From positions 4,575 through 36,574 of the forward strand of contig CBDCVR010000014.1 of NCBI GenBank assembly GCA_965223155.1: 32,000 bases of DNA, in the 5' to 3' direction. A program made the position numbers and the translations under genes. The number at the start of each line of letters is the position of its first letter. The stretch's first letter is position 1. The stretch comes from Candidatus Multivoradales bacterium (GTDB taxonomy: Bacteria > Acidobacteriota > Thermoanaerobaculia > Multivoradales > JAHEKO01). The notes under the pieces were generated by a model. That model did no database searches and had not been told where the DNA came from. It was given only the letters and a program-made list of their open reading frames with translations. This document shows, in pieces, positions 26,007 through 32,000 of this stretch.

Positions 26007-26360
26007 GTGTTACGTCTGTTAAGCGATGAAAATTTCAACGGAGATATCGTCCGCGGCCTTCTGCTTCAGCATCCCGGTCTCAATCTGCGCCGTGTGCAAG
26101 ATGTGGGGTTGGAGGGCGCAGAAGATCCTGCCATACTTGTATGGGCTGCTGAAAATGATCGCATTTTGGTGACCCACGACCGCGCGACCATGCCCGCCTT
26201 TGCCTACGAGCGAGTTGCTGCGGGACAGACCATGCCGGGGATTTTCATCTTGAATGACCGCATTGCGATTCGTCAGGCAATTGAGGAATTATTGATGCTT
26301 GATGCATGTAGTGAGCAGGCGGAGTGGGTGGGGTTAGTGGTTTATTTGCCTTGGGTTTAA
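26007..26360 (+). CDS. DUF5615-family PIN-like protein (putative toxin)
   Basis: The 117-aa protein starts at a GTG 3 nt after the DUF433 stop. LRLLSDENFNGDIVRGL...GAEDPAILVWAAENDRILVTHDR fits the DUF5615 pattern. Confidence 0.7.
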   Translation: MLRLLSDENFNGDIVRGLLLQHPGLNLRRVQDVGLEGAEDPAILVWAAENDRILVTHDRATMPAFAYERVAAGQTMPGIFILNDRIAIRQAIEELLMLDACSEQAEWVGLVVYLPWV

Positions 26361-26368
26361 GTTGGGTT

Positions 26369-27138
26369 TCACGACGAACTTAAGCAACGAAAGCCCAAGC
26401 GGCTGTAGCGGAAGTCGGGCGAGATCGCGTCGCGATGTACGGCCTGCACGACCTCTGCGGCGCCACCCCAGCTCCCGCCTCGAACAACGCGATGGCCACC
26501 CGCTTCTGTAACACCGTCAGACTCTACTGCAACGCGTAACTGATCATCTGGATAATCCTGGCACCACTCCCATACATTACCTAGCATATCATAGAGCCCC
26601 CAGGCATTCGGCTGCTTGAGACCCACATCATGCGTTTCATCGCCGCTGTTCTCGCCATACCATGCAATAGAGTCCAAATCTTCATCATAGCGCATAGTCG
26701 CCGTCCCGGCTCGATATGCGTACTCCCACTGCGCTTCGGTCGGCAAGGTCAATGTCAACTCAGGCAACTGCCGATTGAATGCGGCTAGAAATGCCTGGCA
26801 GTCCCCCCAGCTCACATTCTCCACCGGTCGCTTTGCACCCTTGAACCAACTTGGATCATCACTCATAACAGCCTGCCACAGCTCTTGTGTACACGGCGTG
26901 TCAAACAGCCAGAACCCTCTGGCACTGCTACGTCATGCGGTGATTGTTCCCAGGGAAACTGCCTCTCTTCGTTCTCTGGCAAGCCCATAATAAAACGGCC
27001 GGGCGGCATCCATCGCATGCGCTGCTCCACCTCGCCGATGCGGAAGGCGCACCACGGGCCATAGGCGTCTTGCCCCCAGGCCGAGGCCCAGACTGGTGGA
27101 CAGCCGGTTGCAAGGGGATGTGAAGTGAGAGTGGCCAT
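26369..27138 (-). pseudogene. FGE-sulfatase (SUMF1/FGS) domain protein split by a -1 frameshift
   Basis: Track ORF 26863..27138 ends at ...SPHDVAVPEGSGCLTRR...*. Track ORF 26369..26866 holds the rest: PVENVSWGDCQAFL, LPTEAQWEYAYRAG, WGLYDMLGNVWEW, RVVRGGSW and LGFRC. Adding one T to the coding strand at GGGTT-CTGG (plus-strand AA at 26911-26912) restores ...VPEGFWLFDTPCTQELWQAVMSDDPSWF.... Confidence 0.7.
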
Positions 27139-27220
27139 AGGATTGTGAACCTGATATTGGTTAGATCACACAAGCTGACTGCAAATCAACTACCACCCGC
27201 AGAGCGGGTGGTTTGATCAT

Positions 27221-27356
27221 GCCCCCCGGAGGGGGGCGTTTCTTGTGAAGAACCCCCTCAAGGGGGGCATAACCAAGTAAGCCCCTCAAGGAGCTCAGGG
27301 GACTTGAGTCAGCCCCTCAAGGGGCTCTACTATCTGGGGATGGCCCCAAAGGGGCC
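27221..27356. repeat. Cluster of short C-run/G-run hairpins, three of them sharing CCCCTCAAGG
   Basis: The hairpins are: GCCCCCC-gga-GGGGGGC (27221-27237); CCCCC-tcaa-GGGGG (27253-27266); CCCCT-N10-AGGGG (27282-27301); AGCCCC-tcaa-GGGGCT (27311-27326); GGCCCC-aaa-GGGGCC (27342-27356). CCCCTCAAGG starts at 27254, 27282 and 27313, giving spacings of 28 and 31 nt. Confidence 0.8.
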
Positions 27357-27385
27357 TAGACCCGCCTCGCTGTCACCTGATAATC

Positions 27386-27826
27386 TTAGATGTTCTCACC
27401 TAAACGCAATTGCTCATCTTCCCGTTGATCGGCCTCATCCTGATTCCGGATATACCTGCGAATCATCTCTTCGTCTAGCCCGACGGTGCTCACGCAGTAG
27501 CCCTTCGACCAGAAATGGGACCCCGTAAAGTTGCGCTTCCGGCCAAGATACTCCCGGTGAATTCGAATCGCCGACTTCCCTTTGAGACGACCGATCGCTG
27601 TCGCCACACTATATTTCGGCGGGATGCTCAGGCATAAATGCACGTGATCCCGCATCGCATGCCCTTCGATCAGCTCGATCTCAAATTGCTCGCAAAGCTC
27701 TCGCAGTATGCGGCCGATGTCTTTACGAAGCCTACCGAAGATTGCTTTCTGTCGATATTTCGGTACGATAACCACATGGTAACGGCAGCACCATTTCACG
27801 TGGCTTTGCCGGCGCCATTCTCTCAT
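27386..27826 (-). CDS. tnpA: IS200-family Y1 (HUH) transposase TnpA
   Basis: I take the start at MREWRRQSHVKW (ATG at 27826, AAGGAGA 7 nt upstream). The sequence includes YHVVIVPKYRQ, the HUH motif DHVHLCLSIPPK and the catalytic Tyr region SKGYCVSTVG. The 17-codon N-terminal extension in the track lies inside the leader hairpin and is rejected. Confidence 0.9.
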   Translation of the reverse strand: MREWRRQSHVKWCCRYHVVIVPKYRQKAIFGRLRKDIGRILRELCEQFEIELIEGHAMRDHVHLCLSIPPKYSVATAIGRLKGKSAIRIHREYLGRKRNFTGSHFWSKGYCVSTVGLDEEMIRRYIRNQDEADQREDEQLRLGENI

Positions 27827-27827
27827 G

Positions 27828-27877
27828 GTGGTTTCTCCTTTCGATGGCCTTGGCGGGTCCACCGAAGGAGAAACCAC
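27828..27877 (-). promoter_or_regulatory. Stem-loop sequestering the tnpA Shine-Dalgarno sequence
   Basis: On the mRNA strand the fold is GUGGUUUCUCCUUCG...(19-nt loop)...CGAAAGGAGAAACCAC, followed by C and then AUG. It has 13 + 2 bp with one bulge. The SD AAGGAG lies in the 3' arm. Confidence 0.7.
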
Positions 27878-27944
27878 ATCTGACGCCTACAATCAACGCC
27901 GGAACGGCAGAGCCTATGGGAGTCTCACCGCCAGAGGCGGTGGC

Positions 27945-28097
27945 TTACCAGGGTCTAGTTACAACCACCTGCAACTCAATCTCAGCCTCTTCGACTACCA
28001 ACTTGGGTTCCAAGACATCACCTTGCACCTGAGCCAAGGCCAGCTCGCGACGAAGCTCGGCGATCAAATCAGATAGGGGAATACGGGACTCAGCCAT
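27945..28097 (-). CDS. Short ORF resembling the N-terminal half of a trypco2-family protein, apparently truncated at the IS200 end
   Basis: This ORF is not in the track. The ATG is at 28097, with GAAAGG 7 nt upstream and 17 nt after the XRE stop. Translation: MAESRIPLSDLIAELRRELALAQVQGDVLEPKLVVEEAEIELQVVVTRPW*. The pattern I.LS.LI..LRREL..A....L.F.V.E.E.EL.V matches my recollection of trypco2 proteins, which are about twice this length. The stop codon lies 2 nt from the IS200 end hairpin. Confidence 0.4.
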   Translation of the reverse strand: MAESRIPLSDLIAELRRELALAQVQGDVLEPKLVVEEAEIELQVVVTRPW

Positions 28098-28114
28098 CGA
28101 GACGCCTTTCATCC

Positions 28115-28441
28115 TCAAATGACAATAACTCGTTCCGCCTCATCATGATCTGGGCGAACAATATGAATGCGCACCTTGCAGTTGAGACGGGCTAGAAAAC
28201 GCATGAGACGCTCAACGCTATAATACGAAAACTTCCCGCTCTTGAGCCTCGACACTTCCGGTTGTTTAACGCCTAGGATTTTGGCCGCCTCCGTCTGAGT
28301 CATCTGCTGCTTTTCCAGAATACGGAAGATTTCCGCGCCGAGTTCAGCTTTGAGTAGCTCTTCTTTGGCCTCCTCATCTGAGAAGCCTAAATCTTTAAAA
28401 ATGTTGCTGGAGCCCTCTTCAATCACTATGTTTTCATCCAT
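28115..28441 (-). CDS. XRE-family helix-turn-helix transcriptional regulator (HigA-like antitoxin-type)
   Basis: The 108-aa protein contains NIFKDLGF...AELGAEIFRILEKQQMTQTEAAKILGVKQPEVSRLKSGKFSYYSVERLMRFLARL. Confidence 0.85.
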   Translation of the reverse strand: MDENIVIEEGSSNIFKDLGFSDEEAKEELLKAELGAEIFRILEKQQMTQTEAAKILGVKQPEVSRLKSGKFSYYSVERLMRFLARLNCKVRIHIVRPDHDEAERVIVI

Positions 28442-28510
28442 ACTCAGTTCTCGTTCAGCGGGGTCGCACTATCCACCTACCCTTTGCTGGTTACTCGTCA
28501 TGTCACCCGC

Positions 28511-28519
28511 ATTGTAACA
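28511..28519 (-). promoter_or_regulatory. Extended -10 element, TGtTACAAT (minus strand), upstream of the XRE gene
   Basis: The reverse complement of attgtaaca at 28511-28519 is TGTTACAAT. It lies about 70 nt upstream of the XRE ATG at 28441. Confidence 0.4.
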
Positions 28520-28533
28520 CAACCCGCCATCCC

Positions 28534-28962
28534 TCACCCCTCGCGCCCGTAATCCCACGACACCACCCGATGCGGCGCGACCTCGATATACGCCGACCCA
28601 GGAGACGCCTCTTGCGACCGCTGATCCTCCGGCACGCCGCGCAGGCGCTCGGCCTCGCGCCGCAGCCGCAGCAGGTTCTCGGCGTCCGTATACACACGAG
28701 CGCGCCCCTGAATCATCACGCCTTTGATGTCGCGCATCGTGCTGCCGCTCTCCAGCGCCAGACTCACCTGCGAATTGCGCTCGATATTTTTGACCTTCTG
28801 CGTCTCCGCCCGGCAGCCCAGGTAGACGTTGTCCCCCAGGCGAAAATAGCCCAGCGGCACGCTGTGGGGAAAGCCGTCGCGGCCTATCGTAGAAAGCATG
28901 ATCCAACCGGGTTTGCTGTCGAGAAACTCGTGCACTTCCTGAGGCGTCATCTTGGCCGGCAT
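28534..28962 (-). CDS. Pyridoxamine 5'-phosphate oxidase (PPOX)-family flavin/deazaflavin-binding protein
   Basis: The 142-aa protein contains EVHEFLDSKPGWIMLSTIGRDGFPHSVPLGYF...DIKGVMIQGRARV, typical of the split-barrel PPOX family. Confidence 0.75.
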   Translation of the reverse strand: MPAKMTPQEVHEFLDSKPGWIMLSTIGRDGFPHSVPLGYFRLGDNVYLGCRAETQKVKNIERNSQVSLALESGSTMRDIKGVMIQGRARVYTDAENLLRLRREAERLRGVPEDQRSQEASPGSAYIEVAPHRVVSWDYGREG

Positions 28963-29131
28963 GTGGCGTTGCTCCTCTGCTTCACAAGGTCTGCGCGTCG
29001 ATTCAACTCGCCCTGATTATAGCAGAGCGGCGCGCGCCATCGGCGTGGTCCCAACTGGATTTTTCCCGGCAAACGCGCCATACTGAGACTCGCATCGAGA
29101 CATATCTGATACATACGTACAGGAGACGACA

Positions 29132-30229
29132 ATGGACGTGGGCATGATGATGATCTTCGCCAGCTACGGCTGGGACAATACGAGCGACGCGCAGGTGTGG
29201 GACGAAGAACTCAAGCTGGCCCGCATCGCCGCGGACAGCGGCTTTGATGCGCTGTGGTCGGCTGAGCACCATTTCTTTGACTACTCCTTTTGCCCGGACA
29301 ACCTGCAGCTCATGACCTATCTGGCCGGGCAGTTTTCCGATATCGATTTCGGCACCGCCGCAGTGATCCTGCCCTGGCACGACCCGCTGCGCGTCGCCGA
29401 GCAGGCCGCTATGCTCGACATGCTGTGCAAGGGCCGCCTGCGCTTCGGCATGGGCCGGGGCCTGGCGCGCCGCGAGTTCACCGCCTTTCGGGGCACCATG
29501 GACGAGTCCCGCGAGCGCTTTGACGAAGCCGCGCCGATGATCGTCAACGCCCTGCGCCATGGCTTTATCGAGGGCGACGGCAAATACTACCCGCAGCCCA
29601 AAATCGACATCCGGCCGCGGCCCCAGCACAGCTTTGACGGGCGCGTTTACGCTGTGGCGTCGAGCGAGGATTCCGTCCTCTCCGCCGCCCGCCTCGGAGC
29701 CCACATGGTGATGTTCTCGGATCGCCCCTGGCCCATGCGCCTGCCGGCCGTCGAGCGCTTTCGCGAGCTGTCCCGCACCTTTCACGGCGACCAAGCCGCG
29801 CCCTCGCTCATGATCACGGATTTTTGCCTGTGCGGCCCCTCCCTGGCCGAGACCGAGGCGCAGGCGCGGCGCTACATGGGCAAGTTCGTGGAGAGCAATT
29901 TTCATCACTACGAACTGCTCAGCGACCACTTTTCGCAGGTCAAGGGCTACGACGCCTATGCGCAAAAGGCGGAGATCGCCAGGCAGAGCGGCCTCGACGG
30001 CGCGACGGAGGGGTTTATGAAGGCGGCCATCTGGGGCACGCCGGACCGCATTTTGCGCGCCTTGGAGGAACGGCGCGAGGTGCTCGGCGATTTCGAGCTA
30101 AACGTGGCCTGGCGCTTTGGCGGCATTCCGTATGACGTGGCGGAGCGCGGCCTGCGGCTGTTCGCCAAAGAGGTGCTGCCGGTGCTGAAGAGCTGGACGG
30201 CGACCGGGGCGGCGCAGGCTGCCGATTAA
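29132..30229 (+). CDS. Luciferase-like (LLM-class) flavin/F420-dependent oxidoreductase
   Basis: The 365-aa protein has AGGAGA 5 nt upstream of the ATG. It contains FDALWSAEHHF, LRVAEQAAMLDMLCKGRLRFGMGRG and related segments. Confidence 0.8.
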   Translation: MDVGMMMIFASYGWDNTSDAQVWDEELKLARIAADSGFDALWSAEHHFFDYSFCPDNLQLMTYLAGQFSDIDFGTAAVILPWHDPLRVAEQAAMLDMLCKGRLRFGMGRGLARREFTAFRGTMDESRERFDEAAPMIVNALRHGFIEGDGKYYPQPKIDIRPRPQHSFDGRVYAVASSEDSVLSAARLGAHMVMFSDRPWPMRLPAVERFRELSRTFHGDQAAPSLMITDFCLCGPSLAETEAQARRYMGKFVESNFHHYELLSDHFSQVKGYDAYAQKAEIARQSGLDGATEGFMKAAIWGTPDRILRALEERREVLGDFELNVAWRFGGIPYDVAERGLRLFAKEVLPVLKSWTATGAAQAAD

Positions 30230-30348
30230 CGGGAGGACGGCGGATATGGAAGCTGGATGAGGTGATTTATAAGCGGCTGCACGAACCGGCTGCGCCACCG
30301 GGTGTCCCACTATCGAGCTTATGGGAACACAACATACGGAGGACCGTT

Positions 30349-30911
30349 ATGTCAAAAGCGCAACCCACTCTGCAAACCGACCGTTTACTGTTGCGTCCAC
30401 CGGCCACGGCGTTTTGCCCGACCTGCAACGCTTAATCGGCGCTTGGGAAATCGCGGACACGACGTTGAATATTCCGCATCCCTACGAAGACGGCATGGCG
30501 GAGGCGTGGTTCAAGGAGCAGGCCGAGCGTTATGAAAACGGCCAAGGCGCGCATTTTTGCATTTTTCGGCGGACCGATCAGACCCTGATGGGCGGCATTA
30601 GCCTGATCCTCGCTGCGCGTCATCAGCGCGCTGATCTCGGCTATTGGATCGGCGCGCCATTTTGGGGCCAGGGATACTGCACCGAGGCGGCCCGCGCCAC
30701 CCTCGCCTACGGCTTCGAGGCGCTCGGCTTGAACCGTATTGAGGCCATGCACTTTACCCGCAATCCAGCTTCCGGACGGGTGATGCAAAAAATCGGCATG
30801 ATCTACGAAGGCTGTCTGCGGCAACGCGTGCGCCGCTGGGAGCAGTTTGAAGATGTGGCGATGTACAGCATCTTAAACCAAGATTTTGTTGACGCACTGG
30901 AGACAAGATGA
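30349..30911 (+). pseudogene. GNAT (RimJ/RimL-type) N-acetyltransferase with an apparent -1 frameshift near the N-terminus
   Basis: The ATG at 30349 has GGAGG 6 nt upstream. It encodes MSKAQPTLQTDRLLLRPPATAF, the canonical Acetyltransf_3 N-terminus, then stops at 30433. The rest of the domain (LPDLQRLIGAWEIADTTLNIPHPY...GYWIGAPFWGQGYCTEAARA...) lies in the frame of track ORF 30321..30911. Adding one T to the TTTT run at 30412-30415 joins the two parts. Confidence 0.6.
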
Positions 30912-31372
30912 CGACTTCAGACACGTGTTTGGCCTGCCGCCTCACGGCCGGCGACGAGCCGCTGCCAGGGGGACGCATCTGGGCCACAGACCACTGGGTG
31001 GTGGAGCACTGTATTGGGCCGCTCGGCGTGGGCGCGTTGATCGTCAAGCCCTTGCGGCACTGTCTGCACCTCGGCGACCTGACGCCGGACGAGGCGCAAG
31101 AACTCGGCCCACTGCTGCAACGCGTGGCGCATGTGGTCCAAGAGCTAGCGCAGGCCGACCAGGTCTACACCTGCCTGTGGTCGCACGCCAGTTGGCAGCC
31201 CGTGCACATTCACTTTGTCGTGCAGCCAGTGCGCCGCGAACTGCGGCAAACCTATCCCAAACAGGGGCCAGCTCTACAAGCGGCGATGTTTCAAGATGGA
31301 CCACTTCCCGACCCCGAGGCGGTCGAGGCATTTTGTCGAGAGGCTCGGCAACGTCTCGGGCTCAAGCCTTAA
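30908..31372 (+). CDS. HIT-family (histidine triad-like) protein
   Basis: The 154-aa protein has an N-terminal CLAC, then HWVVEHC...ALIVKPLRH and the triad-like segment PVHIHFVVQP. Its ATG overlaps the GNAT stop (ATGA at 30908-30911). Confidence 0.6.
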   Translation: MTTSDTCLACRLTAGDEPLPGGRIWATDHWVVEHCIGPLGVGALIVKPLRHCLHLGDLTPDEAQELGPLLQRVAHVVQELAQADQVYTCLWSHASWQPVHIHFVVQPVRRELRQTYPKQGPALQAAMFQDGPLPDPEAVEAFCREARQRLGLKP

Positions 31373-32000
31373 AGCGGGGCCACAGACGCCCCGTACGCTG
31401 CATATAATCGCGGTAGGCCTCGCCAAAATGCGCCAGCATCATGCGCTCCTCCGGCTCGATACGCGTGTAGAATTGCGCCACGATCCCCACGCTGACCAGG
31501 CCAATAAGGCTGTTGGCCGCCACCAAGGCGGCGCACACATAAAAGCCGCTCAGAACCGCGTACATCGGATGCCGCACCCACTGATAGGCGCCGTGCGTCA
31601 CCAACGTCTGATCTTGCCGCACTTGCAGCAGGCGGGACCAATTGGCCCCCAGGCTGCGATGCACCCAGACCAGTAGCAGCAAACTCGCCACCGCTCCGAT
31701 GACGCCGAGCCAGCGCAGCGCCGCCGGCAGCGCCAGGGCGAAGTGCGCCATGCGGGGTTGATCAAAGCCATAGAGCAAAATGAAGACCCACATGGCCAGC
31801 AAGAGCAGCCGCAGCGCCACGAGGCCAGCGGGGCTTTCATACGAGCGCGGCGCCTCGGCGCTTCCTTCGTCACCTCCCCTGGTCCCCTCCCCAGCGCCTC
31901 CCCTGGCGCCCAATATCCCCTGCGTCGACTGCTTCGAGCTGAAATAGCGCCGAATTAGGTTCATCGCGATGTAGAGGACGAGAAAGCAGACAAAGAACGG
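31362..32000 (-). CDS. ICMT/PEMT-family membrane methyltransferase; the N-terminus may lie beyond the right edge
   Basis: The C-terminal region reads LGANWS...LVTHGAYQWVRHPMYAVLSGF...EPEERMMLAHFGEAYRDYMQRTGRLWP. The track start is the ATG at 31964. However, the frame stays open to position 32000 and encodes the hydrophobic PFFVCFLVLYIA, so the true start may be off-window. The gene overlaps the HIT gene convergently by 11 nt. Confidence 0.7.
   Translation of the reverse strand, partial: PFFVCFLVLYIAMNLIRRYFSSKQSTQGILGARGGAGEGTRGGDEGSAEAPRSYESPAGLVALRLLLLAMWVFILLYGFDQPRMAHFALALPAALRWLGVIGAVASLLLLVWVHRSLGANWSRLLQVRQDQTLVTHGAYQWVRHPMYAVLSGFYVCAALVAANSLIGLVSVGIVAQFYTRIEPEERMMLAHFGEAYRDYMQRTGRLWPRFKA

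Larger units (their letters stand above)
27192..27945 (-). mobile_element. IS200/IS605-family insertion sequence (IS200-type, tnpA only); boundaries approximate
   Basis: A Y1-transposase gene is flanked by subterminal hairpins: ACCACCCGC-aga-GCGGGTGGT at 27192-27212 and CACCGCC-aga-GGCGGTG at 27926-27942. An SD-occluding stem-loop sits in the 5' leader. The total length of about 750 bp is close to IS200 size. Exact cleavage sites cannot be determined. Confidence 0.7.

Noticed and set aside
26369-27138. FGE-sulfatase (C-type-lectin-fold) protein as the variable target of a diversity-generating retroelement
   Set aside because: No reverse transcriptase gene is present in the window. I found no template-repeat copy of the gene's 3' end, and no adenine-specific mismatch pattern can be assessed.
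27140-27330. Minus-strand frame through the hairpin cluster ending ...ALRVVVDLQSACVI* as the missing C-terminal half of the trypco2-like gene
   Set aside because: The tail faintly resembles a trypco2 C-terminus. However, most of the frame is dictated by the GC hairpins (PPPGG and similar). Joining the two halves would give a protein much shorter than family members, so the support is insufficient.
27250-27345. Possible CRISPR array from the recurring CCCCTCAAGG units
   Set aside because: The repeats are only about 10-12 nt long and irregularly spaced (28 and 31 nt). They are themselves palindromic hairpins, and there are no cas genes. They fit REP-like or IS-associated hairpins better.
28442-28533. 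Search for a RelE/HigB-type toxin partner of the XRE (HigA-like) gene
   Set aside because: Only 92 nt separate the XRE start from the PPOX gene. The only adjacent small ORF, downstream, looks trypco2-like rather than RelE-like. I therefore make no toxin-antitoxin call for this gene.
29003-29965. 320-aa minus-strand ORF, plus similar long antisense ORFs (15111..16082 +, 16621..17499 -, 19826..20581 -, 20627..21334 -, 12780..13412 -)
   Set aside because: Each lies antisense to a gene with clear family motifs. Each shows the Arg/Gly/Ala/His-rich composition typical of GC-rich shadow frames.

Overview
This is a high-GC bacterial chromosomal segment with about 30 protein-coding genes. I found no rRNA, tRNA or CRISPR array. 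The gene content (R3H/Ycf45-like ATPase, DUF433/DUF5615 pair, trypco2/FGE-sulfatase genes, LLM/PPOX enzymes) loosely suggests a Chloroflexota-like organism, but that cannot be established from the sequence. The layout is as follows. (i) 1-10.3 kb, all on the minus strand: a secreted 5'-nucleotidase lipoprotein (partial, missing from the ORF track), a tightly coupled CUT1-type ABC importer (ATPase-permease-permease-binding protein), a secreted protein with two CXXCH motifs, and a PhoX/DUF839-like beta-propeller. Together these look like an organophosphate-scavenging block. (ii) A strikingly AT-rich divergent control region of about 0.3-0.4 kb (10.35-10.77 kb). (iii) 10.77-14.83 kb: a translationally coupled three-gene operon. 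It encodes a GT4 glycosyltransferase, a membrane-anchored class-III (GSA-aminomutase-like) aminotransferase fused to a His-rich polytopic membrane domain, and a PEMT-family methyltransferase. This is my top candidate for an uncharacterised system, namely synthesis of a membrane-lipid head group, possibly an aminated and N-methylated glycolipid. (iv) Housekeeping and metabolic genes: a CoA-transferase, an R3H AAA ATPase, a luciferase-like monooxygenase, an aapJQMP-type amino-acid ABC operon with three frameshifts, and an acyl-CoA dehydrogenase flanked by a 19-nt direct repeat. (v) 25.2-28.5 kb accessory patch: a small conserved ORF, a DUF433/DUF5615 toxin-antitoxin-like pair, a frameshifted FGE-sulfatase-domain gene, an IS200 element, an apparently truncated trypco2-like ORF, and an XRE regulator. 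(vi) A PPOX-family protein, a second LLM oxidoreductase, a frameshifted GNAT, a HIT protein and an ICMT/PEMT-family methyltransferase that runs to the right edge. Five frame disruptions occur, all in homopolymer or dinucleotide runs. They could be real gene decay or sequencing errors, and only read-level data can decide.
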